64,000 nucleotides of DNA from NCBI GenBank assembly GCA_964199315.1, contig OZ116711.1, positions 21,886,001 through 21,950,000 of the forward strand, in the 5' to 3' direction. Position 1 is the first letter of the stretch. Every line of letters starts with the position of its first letter. The notes beneath the pieces are model-generated. The model had not been told where the DNA came from, ran no database searches, and was given only the letters and a program-made list of their open reading frames with translations. This DNA comes from Orbicella franksi (taxonomy: Eukaryota). Positions 26,461 through 40,046 of the stretch are shown here, in pieces. The position numbers and the translations under genes were made by a program.

Positions 26461-28599
26461 GGGAACGAAAATTGTTACTTTTACTGGGTTGAAGAAGATT
26501 GACGTAGCGATGAAAATTTGACGACTTTTTAGACAAGGAAAGTGTAGAACGATAATTAATCCATTTTAAATGCCCGACTATGGCAGTAATTTGTTTATTA
26601 GAAGGCGTGCATGATTCAAATGTCCTGGTTCACCTAGAGACTAAATTGTAATTTACATCTGTGTGAAATTCTAAACCCAGCACCGGTAGTTGTAATTCTA
26701 ACGTTTTATTTTCCGTGTATATGTTAACAGTGTTGATAGAGAATTAAAAACAACATTAATAACCTTTTCAGAATTAAAAGCCCGGAAAGTACGTCTGAGA
26801 AAAATAATGTCACACGAGACTTTCTCAGTTAGGCCCTCGGGATGTTTATGTGACAGGCATTCGTATGAATATACCATCCTTTTGTAACTGTTTATCTTAG
26901 AATGATGAAAGATTAATCGTTCTAAATGTTGTTTTTACTTCAGATTAATAAAACTATGAAATGCCTCCGCTAAATTGTTGATAAACGAAACTGACTCATG
27001 AAAAGAGAACATCAAAAAAACATACATTCATCAAAGCGGAATTATAAATATAGTGCTGACTCTTTTGAGTTGAAGTTTTATCCGGTGATGCTTCTTTCAC
27101 AGCAAAGCTGTTTATATCGAGGTATATAAACAACATTTACATTTGGATATTTCAAATTCAGCTTTACTACATCTATATGGGGTAATATTATGTCACAACG
27201 CGTTTATTTTTTTGCCGGGAAAGTCGTGTATAATATCGATTACTAAATACTCTCTCAAAACTAAGAGCGAATAAATGCGACACACACTTTGGTTTGAATT
27301 TATTCAAGGGATAACTTAATGTACGATTGCTACACAGTTGTATAAATATATATGAATGTTTAAACGAAGGTTCTCAGTATTCATGACAAGTCAAGAAAAG
27401 AGTGAAACAAAAAACTAGAACGCGCGCATGCATTTCTCGAAAGGAGATTTGCCACAACAGATGTTTGGAAAATTCCGGGTTTAAACAAAAACTTTAACTG
27501 CCCGAAAGGAAAATATCACGATTATTGCACGATAGCAAGTTACCGCTTCATGAGAATTCACGTATTTTAGGGATATATACAATAATACAAAAGTAGATAA
27601 TTCTGATATCAGCTTTTCATAAAAAGGACTAGATTGATGAAATTATTTTTTTCCCAACAATGTCTCATTTGCCTTCGTGCTAAATTCAAAACGGCTGAAC
27701 CTTTTTTTTCTTTGTGATAATTATAATGTTATTTCTTGGGTTTGAACGGTTCGCAGATAGCATCATTTTAAGTAAAAACGAGTGTATTATTTCGAAAAAA
27801 AAAGATAAAACCAGAGATCGAATTTCACCGAGAACGGGTGGTGTTTTCTTTGCTCATTTCACAGACATTTCTAGCCTGTCAGCACGATACTTTCGAATTA
27901 ATTCATGAAACGCCGCCATAACTCCCAGTGTAGAAAGGAGAAACCGCGCGGCACGTTAAACACTCATTAATAACGGTATATATGATCACCATCCTTCCGA
28001 ACGTTTTTTCAAACAGATCTTCAGTGTTAAAACAAGGGTCTCAATCGACTTACCCTAGCTAGCTTTGAAGATCGCTGGTGTTCCAAGACGTTCCATATCC
28101 TCGGTTTGTATTTTTGCCAGCATGATTGTTCCCCTCCAAAATTCTCAGATACAATCTCGCCAAGTTCAGAATTGCAATCGTCATCATCGTCCGACATCTC
28201 CGCCGCTTCGAAAAACTTCAAGTTTTCTTGCGCTTCGCGATGCTGTGTGTAATACGTCCAGCAACATGGTTCCATCTGCTTCTCGTCGATCGCCCAAAAC
28301 AAAAGCTCATCTTCGAAGAGCGGTCCGCACACGTCGTGTGGACTATGTAGTTTGCCTGTGCGATAGTAATTTATAATGGCTGCGAAAACGCCTGGATGTC
28401 GATCGAAGAAAAATTCATTCCTTTCTGCATCGTAGAACTCCGCACTGTTATTTTCGTTTTCTATGCACCAGGCAAGCCTTGTTCCGGGGAAATTTCGAAG
28501 AGTGTTCCTGAAGGTTTCGTGTCGAACGCCGCCGCAGTTAATCACAATGCGGTCCCGTCTTGTAGGACTTGGAAGATTTTCTTCTGTTTCTTCGGACAT
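20284..28599 (-). CDS. KCNC: Shaw/Kv3-family K+ channel paralog C, 3 coding exons, about 700 aa
   Basis: Exons 28599-28054 (T1; donor AGG|GTAAGT), 23713-22839 (S1-S6, TITTVGYGDDVP; acceptor CACAG|ATG, donor AAG|GTAAGC phase 2) and 20965-20284 (acceptor CTCTAG|G; joins in frame to ORF 20284..20943). Total 2103 nt. Confidence 0.9.
21364..21985. mobile_element. TTAA-flanked non-autonomous DNA element (Kolobok-like) in gene C intron 2
   Basis: TTAA|GGTGTCC ... AAGCCACC|TTAA; related ends at 37840, 46073-46194 and 46211. Confidence 0.6.
22209..22412. mobile_element. Fold-back MITE in gene C intron 2
   Basis: Arms ccctttgcagg..catggtaccaaatcagccatgctgggacgca / tgcgtcccggcagcatggctgattttgtaccatg..gtgcaaagag. 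Confidence 0.7.
26403..26457. repeat. (TA)n microsatellite, about 27 units
   Basis: Direct reading. Confidence 0.95.
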
Positions 28600-30859
28600 C
28601 TTTCACTCAGGTTTCCACCGCATTAACATGATTTTTCTCGTTCGTCGTCTCCCCTGATAAAAATATAGACAAGGAGAGTTTTATTTGGTAGGTTTCCACC
28701 AAGTGTTAAGTCATCTTTACCAAGAAAAGCCTCAGCGTGGACCCAAACTCGGCCAAAACTAAACTTGAAGTAATCCCGTATGGTAATTTTTTGTATAAAC
28801 ACAGAGCGGCTTCTATGCTGTAAATTAAAATTTCTTGTGTTTTCCTTCGCGTTATCTATACCTGCTGTTGAAACTTTCTCTTTATTCGCATCTCGACGTT
28901 GATCAGCCTTTTTTTCGCTGGTAAAGAAACTTCCCTTGTACGCTTCACTGTGTTGCAGTGTTTTGCTAATCGTTGCTGTGCGCAGATCGGTTCCCTCACA
29001 GGATAGGTTAGTACAAGTAATTTGTGGGGCGATATTACAAAGCTCTCACATCCTGCTTTCCACCTGCACAGACATAAATATTCATGAGTCCATTGGGTGA
29101 TTGCCAATTAGAAACTTTAATAAAAGCGCGCGTTGAACAATATCCATTGAGTCATTTTATTAATACAAGACTGCCTTGTCACACTTTGGTGTCAGTTATG
29201 TACCAATCACCGTCCAGGACTCTGCGAATTTCGCATCAGTTTCAAAAAGTCCTCACCTCTGAATGGTTAAAATTTAAATTAATGTCCGAAAAAGCGAAAT
29301 GGTGTTATGTAAATTTGCTCATAGAAACGGTCGCAATGGAAAATAAACAGTGGAAGGAGTAACAACAGAATAAGACGCGCGCTTCTCCTTGGCTTAAATA
29401 TAATTTATAATTCTGAAAGTTTTCAACCAAAAGAATAATCCGCAGATCTTAGGGGCGGAAAGTGATCGCTTTAGCCTACTAGCCATATTAATATTTTTGT
29501 TTTTTAATGATTGAGGCAATATAGCCACTTCGTTTTATCGCTTTAAATTTTGAGGTCAAGTTGGTAAACGGTTTATTCCGCTTATTTAACCGAAAACGAC
29601 ATGCGTATAAAACAACAAGGGTAGATATGGCTTGTAAGCCGGACTTGCAGGGATACATTTTCTTGTGAAATCGGTTATCCCCTAGCTGTTTTGACGTCAT
29701 CACTGTCAATAACTTATCTTGATGACAAAATTAACGCGCGTGAGCCTACATAAATTTATGTCTTTTTGCGTATTTTTTCTCAATTTCATCTCAGCTGTGA
29801 CCGTGACTTACGTTTGCTGCTTCAAGTTCAAAATATTGACCACTGTTCCGCTAAAGCTTGTAAAACGTTTAAAAATTAAACACGACTGAGAAAAGACCAG
29901 CGAAAATGGTAAAATAACATCCTTTCTCGTCACGGAAGGCGAAGACGAGTCTGAAATCGATATTTCAGACCTTGGCAGAAATCCGTTTCCTTGGCGACAT
30001 GAGTTCTATTTATTATTATTTTTTTCAGTTAATGTCTGAGGCACTATTTGTAGATAGTCAGATTCTTGTTTCAAGTACGCCAGTTCATGACTTAAAATTC
30101 CACTTTCAAACACAGCATTTACTGAATTCTTGCCTCGAGCGATGAAAGATATGGTAATTGATCCCACGGAGAATCCATTTCATCTCTCAGGTTTCACTCT
30201 TGACGAAACTTATGTTGTTATCACATTTTCGTAGCTTTAAATTTTACTGCTTTCATCAACAGCTGTAACAAGACGAGTCTTTCGTATCCCGAAGAAAAAT
30301 TTACGCAAGCATTTACATTTTTAAGTGAAATTATATTTCTACGTCTCATTTCAGTTGAGTAGTTAGGTAACGAGATGTTTTTTTTCTAGAATAAGGCTTC
30401 AATTAGCCTCGCAATTGTTTAAAAAAGAAATAAAGTTTTGTGTAAAAGCAATGAGACTAGTTTTGGTTAAAGAAGCACATGTTACGTGGCATACCGGTAG
30501 CTTGGAACGGAAGCTATAAAGAAAATCTTTATTAAATTGAAATATTTTGGAATAGCTATATTTTTTTGCAACATTTCGATTTGTTTCGAATAAGTAGGCC
30601 AATAACACTGAGTAAAGCCCAAGCTTTCTTTGGTTGATTATTTTCCCCTCCTGTTTGGCGCAACAGGTTTAAATAGCTTTTAAATAAGCAGCTAGGCTTT
30701 CAATAAATGTAACGATATACATACGAAAGGAAAAAAAAAAACGAGCGAGTTTGCCTCATGGTTTTTTGCCCAAGACCAGTTTCTCTGCTCGTTTTCAGTC
30801 GCTTCTCGCTCGGAACGTGACGAGCGTTCCTACTCTGCTCAATAACCAATACATTCAAA

Positions 30860-31056
30860 GAGGGATGGCGGAGAGGTTTTTGAATTGGGGGGCGGGGTGT
30901 GTGTGGGGGGGGGGGTGCTTACAAGCGAGCGCCATAGGCGCTAACTTGTAGGAGGTCTGGAGATATTTGTAAAATTATTATTTTAGGTATTTTTTGCTTA
31001 AAATTGGGGGGTTGGGGGGGGGGGGGGGAGCAGCCTCTCCGGCCCCGCCGTCCCTG
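30860..31056. mobile_element. G-rich MITE with (C)AGGGAYGGCGG TIRs
   Basis: agggatggcgg ... ccgccgtccctg. Confidence 0.55.
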
Positions 31057-33001
31057 TCAAAAAGTCTCCCTGATAGTTGATCAATTGACGTGAACAAGTT
31101 TGCCGACTGCGTATTGAAAGTGTCCGAAAAAAAAACAATTGAATCTTTCTCTAAACCTAATTATTTTCCATTTGCGCCAAAAAAAAAATTTATTTTTATT
31201 CTTAACCTATGAAAACAGTAACAGGATGCTCAGTAGTCCATACTGGCCTTATTGGAAATAATATTTAGATTCTGTTACGGAAGACGTCGGCAATAATCAC
31301 CAGCTGCTCCTGAAGACTTAACGGATGGAAAAAATAAATTTAATTATTTTCCTTTGCTGCATCGAGATCGAGAAACAGCTTTAGTAAAGCCAGGTTCCAT
31401 CTTTAGACGACGAATATTGCTTAGAGGGCTCTACGGTTTGATTCCTTATCAGAAAAATGCTAAAATAAAATTCGCCTTCCGATTCATCTCACAGGAAAGC
31501 AAAACAAATGTTACGAATAGAAGCTTAAGTATTAAATCGTCGTTGGTGACGTACGACCGTGACTTAACAGTCACGTTTAAATTGTTGACGATCTATGAAA
31601 AAAAAAATCAATTTGTTTGTCATTAATCGAAAGCCAATCATATTGTGTTTTCACAATGAACGCAGGCAGATTTAGATTCATTATTCACGTTGACTTAAAC
31701 AATTTTATACTTATACATTTCTAAAAACTTGGTAAAAACGTTTCCTTGTCAGTTTATATTGTTTGTCTTTTAGCTCTTCCTGTGTCGTCATACATTTTGT
31801 AAAAACTGCCTGTGTCTTTTTTTTCCGGCCATTCTCGTCAGCATTTATTCAAGCGGTTTGTGACTTAATCTAATCAGACCAGCCTTCTCACCTCTACTAG
31901 GAGCGGCAGAGGGCCCGGAATCTACCCCACCCCTCTCCCCCTGGTTACTTCAATACAAACTGACAAGCAATGATTCTGAAACTTAGAACGTGGAAAAAGT
32001 TTCCTCTTAACGCAAGTAGCATGGAATGATGACGTCATTTTTTGTAATAACTGCGTCATGTTAACCAAACAGTCGCCATCTTGGATCCGTCATTTTGGAT
32101 TTATTTATTTTTTCAACACGTCCACATAGCGCCAAAATGCCTCAAAAGTAATCAAAATCAATAAAAAAGGATAAAAGCTCTCAAATGTAAAATTAATTGC
32201 GTGGAAGCCAAATTTTGTCAACATCAACAAGGAAAAAAAAGGAGAGAAAATGTTGACTGTTCTGACCTCATACTTTCAAGGAGACGAAATTGTTTATTTT
32301 GTCATCTAAGCATACTTACTAAAACGTTTTTCCAGCGATTTTTTCGACGTCGTTCAATATAAAGAATTGAGACACAGCACGGGCCATTTTGCAAGGCATA
32401 AAAATATTCGACTCTTTGTTACGGACACACAATCATTTTAGAACATTATGGAAGATTTTCAGCACTGACTGCTCCTTTGATGCACATTGTCATAATATCG
32501 GTATTAAACGGTGGCAGCGTCGAGATGCAAACGAACGCACGCCGGTGCCGTTAAAATGATATCTGACAAGTTGAGTTTTATTGTGTTACTTAACGTTAAT
32601 GGCTTTCTGAAAAAGCGGTTAGAAATGGAAGTGACAGCTGGGCAACGAAATTTTTTCCACATTCATTAATTCCATTGTAAAGTTGAGGCTCACAATAACA
32701 TGACGAATCAAGTCTTACGGCGAAAGATTCCAAGAGGAAAGGAGTCAGGGACATTTTGTTTCATTTCGTTTAGCTAGCTAACAGTTCTTTATAGTCTTCC
32801 TTCTTATTATTCTCTTCGCCATTTTCAAGAACTAGCTGCCGACATGCTATTTATTGTTTGAAAAATGAGCTAGGAAACTTGACCCCTAATTGATAACAGA
32901 TTCGCAAGAACGAGTCGGCTTTTTAAACACACCACACGCGCAATAATTTTGTCACTTTGACAATTTGTTTGTGTTCTTTAGTCTGTGGTTATTGTCATCA
33001 C

Positions 33002-33232
33002 GATGGTCTCCAGATCAGGAACATCATCATGGCGGCGGTCCGATTTTGAGTCCTGGCCGGGGTCATTGTGTTATGTTCTTGGCAACACAATTTACTCTCA
33101 CTGTACCCGTCTCCATCCTGGTGTATAAATGAGTGCAGGCAAATTGAATGCCGGTAGCAACAACACAGTGGACTAACTGTGTGGGGGGTGGAAGGTGGGA
33201 GCGGATACTATACACTGAATAAGCTTAGGCCT
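33002..33232 (+). mobile_element. Same SINE family, degenerate
   Basis: tcctggccggggtcattgtgttatgttcttggcaacacaatttactctcactgt...gtgtataaatg. Confidence 0.6.
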
Positions 33233-33270
33233 AACGCAGAATTTACCATACGTTTTATCTTCCGTTAATC

Positions 33271-33330
33271 TGGCTTTTCAAATTAACTTCAAAATTATAT
33301 ATATAATTTTGAAGTTAATTTGAAAAGCCA
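33271..33330. repeat. Perfect 60-bp spacerless palindrome
   Basis: tggcttttcaaattaacttcaaaattatat|atataattttgaagttaatttgaaaagcca, checked base by base. Confidence 0.95.
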
Positions 33331-33795
33331 TATGTAAATCTCAGTCACAGTATGCAACGAATTTCCATTGTGATTTCTAAAGCCAACTCTCGCGACATTG
33401 GTCAGCACTATCATGGATAAAACAAACGTTATACGCTTCGGCTACAAAACCCAAAAAGATCAAGAGATCCACTAAGGCATCTTTTACATAACCATTCCCG
33501 GTAGAATCTTGTGGCTTTGAACACGATTATCAAAATGTAAAACATAGACTATCTCCGTCGTCTTATTTTCTCTAGAAGAGTGGGTGGCTGTAGATAAGCT
33601 ACCTTTAATTAACACATACGGGCGGACTGAAATACAGGCGACAGGCCTGATTACCGGTTATAAATATTCATCATTCTAAATTGTTTGTTTTGTAGAAAAT
33701 TCTAGTCTTGTTGTGTTGTGGCAAGAACCAGGGCCCTATTACCGAAGGACATGTCTTCCTTTGCCCAGAGGTTTGTAATTCTGCTTTGCAAACGA

Positions 33796-34161
33796 GGGTG
33801 TTGTTTACCATTTACCCAAAAATTTCGGAAATTTTGGTCAGAATATAAATGATAAGGAAATTTTGTCTCAACCAACCGGAAAATACGAAATAGACGGAGC
33901 GTCTTGAAAGGTAGTCCAAAATTTCCAACCGAAATTAATATGCGAATGGAAAATGTGCTTACCATTTCAATTCTTCGCCAGTTCCAGCCGCCATCTTGGA
34001 ATTATAATCTGGCTGAACTCATCTTAGGCTCTCTCGGTAAATTAAGAGTTAAGTAAATGGTAAATGGCCAATCCGAACGGAACTTACCACCAAGGAGTTC
34101 TGCTTACCATTTGCCCAAACCGTTAACGAACCGGTTTCTCGGAGTAAATGGTAAACAGCCT
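33796..34161. mobile_element. About 365-bp MITE with GTTTACCATTTA TIRs
   Basis: gtgttgtttaccattta / taaatggtaaacagcct, with repeated internal ttaccattt motifs. Confidence 0.65.
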
Positions 34162-36997
34162 TTGATACCATTAAGGTTACTCTAATGAACCTAACTTGAC
34201 TAACTTCTAGAATTTTCTTTACACACTATCATAATTAGCGGTGTTTAGCGATGGTGACCAATATAAATGAATGACATTATGAATAAATTCGCTCGATTTC
34301 TTCTCGTGTGTTTTGTACAAAATTCTTCGGCTTTGTCGAAATTTTTAAGTTAAGAAATACCTGTATGTTTTAGTACGATTTCACGTGTTATGTATTCTTG
34401 AAAGAGAGCATTCATTATCACAAGTTACCGGTGGCGTTAAATTTCACCTTTAATTTAAGATTTCTTTCCAAAACATCGTGAAGATGTCATTCTTATATTC
34501 CTTCTAAAAGTTCCTTTGTCTGCAGTGTAGTTTCTACGTGCGAGATGGCACTTTTAGTTTATAAGAAAAAAAAATTTATTTTGAAAACATAAAAAAAAAT
34601 GTATTCACTAATGGACCCCTTTATCAATCCATTTTGAAAACAACATGAGACCTTTATGTGACGTTGTTATTAAACTATTTGGAAATTACATTATTTGTCG
34701 TACATGTAAGAATGGAGAGAAAAAGGTTGCAATATTGCTTCGTTAAATCTGCGTTAAATCTTTCTATTAACGTTGTAATTGTCCTACATTTCTTGTAACT
34801 TAGTTCTGAAAGAGAGATTGAGTAGTGCAAACATCAAGACAATACCCCTCATTTTGAAAAGTTTATTATTTCATTTATTCCTCTCATAAAGAACGAGTTG
34901 CAAATAAAATTTGGCGAATTAGGTGTAATTAAGGAAAACTTTCATTTTGCATTAGTCCTGCTGTGGCGAGACAAAACAAAGATTCGGAAACAAAGAGGAA
35001 AGGCATTTGCAATGTGGAACTTCCTAATGGAGGCTAATTGTATCAATTAGATTGTTTTTCAGCCATCAGATGAAATTTTCATTAACTCCAAAATAGGATT
35101 TCCTTTGACGCAGTTAGATACAAAAACATCAACATCTCTGGAATTTTCTTGCATTCGAACCCTAAAGGTGGTACAAAAAGTAAATGATTTCATTAAATCA
35201 CCAATTCTCAGCGGGTTTGTGTCGTTGTCAGTTACGACAGGTTGCTAGCCTTTTACAAAATTGACAATTCTTAAGTTAAATAACAATGAATCTGTAATAT
35301 TTTTATGAATATCGAGATAAGATCAGCATTAGCCGCCTTGTACTGAATTGATCCACTGATAAATATATAGCTTTTCTTTAGCATCGATAATTTTTAACAT
35401 TTAGAAGGATACTTTTTGTCAAGGTTTCTTCGCACCGTTTCACTAGCCTTTTGCAAAACATCGTTGCTGTTAAAAACCAGTCTTAGACTGGGTAAACCTT
35501 ACTTGGACCAGTGCTGCAATCAATAAATGTTTGACCATATTTGGTTTGATTAACCGCAATCTCGCATCTTACAATTTTGTTAGGCAGTCTGGCAAAAAGA
35601 TGATAATTTTCTCCTAAATATCGAGAGAAACCTTACCTAAAAAGGGCTAATACTAACATATTTTCGGCGTCTACTTCTGTTGATTCCAAATGTTCCAAGA
35701 ACCATGAAATCTTTAGGTAGATCAATGAAATAAGTTGCTTACTTTCTGATGGTATTGATACTTATGAATTTATTGAGTCTATCGTCACATATTCAAGTAT
35801 CAACTTTACAGCAATAAGCTGTCAGTTTCGTCATAAAAACAAAACCGGTACTTACTGAAAGTGTCTAAATTGCAGACAGATCATTGTTAAGAAGTGAGAG
35901 CAGATACAGTACGTCTTTAAACGTTGAGCCCAAAATTTTAGTAAGGGCTTTGCACATGATCTGTGCCAATCTTCTGCAGCTTCAACCAATTTTTATGCCT
36001 CTGAATTTATCGCCAGTGTAACCACGGTTACAAGAAATATACTGGCGACGCACTGAAGAGCTTTCGCAGTGGACAGCAAACATCCTGAATTGGCACATCT
36101 TACCCATTAGTTTCTCGAAGGCAAAGACCCAGGTTATTACTTCTGGCTGAAAATAAGCACCAAAAAGGCTGAACAAAATGCGATTTTTGTGAAAAGTAGT
36201 TGGAGACAATAATACGGCTCTTTTCCTGCTGTACAAAAGTGTGTATGTTTTGGGACGATTTAAAGGTCGTACTTTGAAAATCTTTAAATGTAACTGTTAG
36301 GTTGATATAAAGGATGTTCATTTTGAGATTTTAGATACGAGTAAAATAAGCATTCTTGCCAACTACATTCGTCTTCAAAGTAAATATTTTATTTACCGCT
36401 ATAAGTTAAGTAAGGGTTCTTTATCTTTAAGATGGTTAGTCGATAAATTAAAAAAAAAAAAAACGTTGCAAACCGAACGTCTTATTGCGGAAAAAATAAC
36501 AAAATCCATTTATAAGAATCCCTTAATTACTCTTTATTTTATTCAAGTTAAACTGAGTTAGGACTTATTATTTAGAGTTGCAGAGTTTCATGGTCTAAAA
36601 TTCGCATCGTATCATGCCAGATATTGCCGGATTATGTCCTCGATTGACTTTGGCTTCCTAGTTCTCCTCCAGATCTTCTTGTTACAGCCTCAGTAGACAA
36701 TAAACGATGTTTTGATTTTGAAATTATTTTTGCCTGGTTTAAATTACCGGACGAATGATCTTGTAGTTAGCATTTGTGACAACAGTTGTTACTTGCGCGC
36801 TCTCATATCAGTTTAGTAAAGTGATACTTAACAGAATTTGATTGGTTTTATCTTTGTATCATTTGAAACAGTACGTAATAGCATCACACATTGGCTTTCA
36901 ATAAGCTTAGAATATAAAGATCTCTCAATCTCTCTCTCTGTTTGGGACTTACTCTTTTTCAAAAGTAATATCTGGTACTTTATTTACGGTTTCGCTG

Positions 36998-37783
36998 ACA
37001 AATTGGAACACATCAGGACAACTCCGCTGACCTGCTTACCAGAGGTATCAAATCTCAGCAAAGTATATCCTCGGAAAATTGGAAACAAGTTGCTTCCGGG
37101 CTGCCTCACAAATGGCAATGTCTTTCTTGGTCCCCAACGGAAGGCCTTCCTACTTCCACTCCAAGTTGCTAACCCAAAATGCATGGCCCTTTGCTTTGCT
37201 AAACCAGATACAAGGGACCAGCTCATCTTCAGCTTGCCTCAGTGCCAAACTTTCCAAGCTTCTCAGTGTCGCAGCTTAGGTCCTGCAATTTGTTTAAAAT
37301 TTAAAGAAGTAACGCAAGAAAAACAAAAGCTTTAACTACACAAGAGTTGAATAATACAAGAAACGAGTTGATGAAGACCTGTCAGGAAGTGACCTACCAC
37401 AAAGAGATCAGCGGCATGCTATCCAAATATTCATCTCAAACAGCAGTGGTTTGCACACTTCGGCTTTTCCTAGATGATGCAGGTCTCCCCCTGATTTGTT
37501 GCGGTGGCAGGCCGAGAGGACTCACAATGCATCAGCCTCTGGATCTTCCAAGTTTCCACACTTGTTACCTCCAAAGGATCCGTTTACAGAACTGCTCATT
37601 TGTTACACTCATGTCCGTCGATTGCATGCTGGTGTGAATTCAACTCTGAATGCCTTACGTCTAAGGTACTGGATTCCTCCAGGACGTCTGCATGTCAAGA
37701 ACGCGATCACTCACTGTGTCACTTGTGAGAAGATTTCGGGATTAGCAAGTGACATCCCAAATCTACCACCACTTCCGAAATCT
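36998..37783 (+). pseudogene. Degenerate BEL/Pao LTR-retrotransposon pol fragment (RNase H end to integrase Zn-binding domain)
   Basis: N(S)ADLLTRG near 37020, LRLFLDD.G...GGR near 37460-37510, and H-x4-HAGVNSTLNALRLRYWI..GR..VK..I..CVTC (HHCC) in ORF 37496..37843, with stops and frameshifts in between. Confidence 0.8.
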
Positions 37784-38130
37784 GGAGGCAGCGTGGCCGA
37801 GTGGTTAGGGCACTGGACTTGTTTGAAAGTTTTGAAAATTTAAGGTGGCTCTGAATCCTATGTACAGAACGTTTTTAAACTTTGCCAAAAGTTAGGTCTT
37901 ATCATGCTTACTAAACTTTGATGATATAAAAAAAATGCACCGTGCCGTTTTTGAATTATAAGCTCCTAAAACTGTAATTAAGGGTGTTTTTAGCAAGTCG
38001 TACTGTTGCTCTGGTAGCCTATTGTGTCACAAAAATGATAACGTGTTCACCGATGATTAGGCACTTTTTAACTTGGAAAATATCTATTATTTTCCAAGTT
38101 GTAGTGGTGGAACGATTTCATTCCATCACG

Positions 38131-38222
38131 CACCCCTTCACTCCTTCACTCCTTCACTCCTTCACTCCTTCACTCCTTCACTCCTTCACTCCTTCACTCC
38201 TTCACTCCTTCACTCCTTCACT
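38131..38222. repeat. (CACTCCTT)n octamer tandem repeat, about 11 units
   Basis: Direct reading. Confidence 0.95.
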
Positions 38223-39769
38223 TCCCGTTAGACATTCCGAAATCCGGGGGAACTCCCATACGAAAAGGCAAGTGATTCTCGTCGGAAATTTGAATTTGAC
38301 TCCCAAGGGAGACTAATATGGACGTTGCTTGAGCTTCATTAGACCCCTAAAACGAATAGGTTCGATTACTACCCACTGTTCAAGAAAGGATCCCGCGCGT
38401 ACGTGTAGACCCGACTCGCGTACTCGAGAGATTAGCGGAAATCGAGACTGAAAACAGAAATTAAATGAGAGCGTTTCTTTTATTATTATTTCGTCTTTAA
38501 TTTCGAAATTAAAGAAGTCGTTTGAGAACTTCTTTTGAGGGAAAAATTAGAAGGAAGTCATCAAAGCGCGTAAATGACCCGCGAATCACGTGGGTATCCA
38601 ATTACAGTTATCCAATCACAAAAAGTCGTAATGGGATACCTGTGGTTCGACACCCACGTGATCGTGCGCCGAATTCGTGATAAACAGGCGCGAAGGGAAC
38701 CAATCAATATCGAGAATTTTGTTCTAGATACGATTGATGAGTTAATACTGTACTATGTGCGGTCGCCGCTGGGAAATGGGTGGGTAGCAGGTATGACAAT
38801 TAAAGAGGCAGACCTTTGACGATAAGTGCCAATGTCCAAACGTCCAAGGGATGCTAATTCAGGAATCTTGCTGCCCAATGTGTGTCTTAATAACTGAAAT
38901 GGCTACGTGGCCAAAAGCAAGCGCAGTGACCAAGAACGGAATAAAGCAGAAACAAGTCTTATTAAACCGCAGTTGAAGTTTAGGCCTCAATGCTGAGTGA
39001 GCTCAACAGACTCACGCCGAAAACGATTTAAATCTTTAAAGGCAAACTGAACAGTATTTACTAAACCATCAGTTTAACATTAGTTGAAGTATCTTTAATC
39101 TTAGTTCTAGTTTTAAACCATAGTTTCATTATTAAATTTTTAGCTTTTATTACTCTACTGTATGTTGAACTTTTTATGTATTTTAGACCTTTATTTTTTA
39201 GGGGATCCTCCCAAACACCACCAGGATTTTTTTCAATTTATCAGGAGAAACGCTTATCAAAGTTGTTAGATGCGTATTGCGGCTAATAAAACCAAATATC
39301 GTCAAATGTGTATTGATTGTAACTCTGATCTAAGTAATTGCTCAGTCTTATACTGGTTTTTAACAGGAACGATGTTCTGCTAAAGTTTAATGAAACGGAG
39401 CGAAGATAAATAAACTCTTTGAGAATCAAGGTTAAAAGGGTTTATCATAATGTTTAGGGATTGATTGATTGATTGACTGATTGATTGATCAATTGGTCCT
39501 AACTGAACCTATAACGAGTTCATTACGTAATGGACCACCTAGCATCGCAATCGTCCACCGCTGACACCACACCCTCCACATGGAAAGAAAAGAGAGAAGG
39601 AGAGTCAGGTTGACTAGTGTTATTTTCACTGTTGACCATATTAGATCATGTGACATTCTGTGAATAATTGATCCGTTGTCTATCTCAAAATGTCGCCGGC
39701 GGCCTGGAGCAAACGGCAGCCTATCGTGAAATTGAGAAGTAACATGTGATTATGACATAACAAAGAGCA

Positions 39770-40046
39770 GTCGCGGTGGCGTTATGGTAAGTGCGCTCGT
39801 CTCCGGATAGAGCGTTCCGGGTTGGAGCCTTGGCCGGGGACACTGTGTTGTGTTCTTGGGCAAGACATGTTACTCTTACAGTGTCTCTCTCCACCCAAGT
39901 GTACAAATGGGTACCGGATAATTTTTTCTGGGGGTAACCCTGCGATGGATTAACATCCCATCTAGGGGGGATAGTCGCTTAATGCCACAGAAACCGGGAT
40001 AACAGTCCAGCTTGATGGGACCCTCAGCTCGTATGCAGACTTTACC
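39770..40046 (+). mobile_element. Same SINE family, near full length
   Basis: gtcgcggtggcgttatggtaagtgcgctcg...gtgttcttgggcaagac...ctcgtatgcagacttta. Confidence 0.8.

Noticed and set aside
37984-38316. ORF with HSFTPSLL repeats (similarly the IY-repeat ORF 26312..26536)
   Set aside because: Translation of microsatellites.
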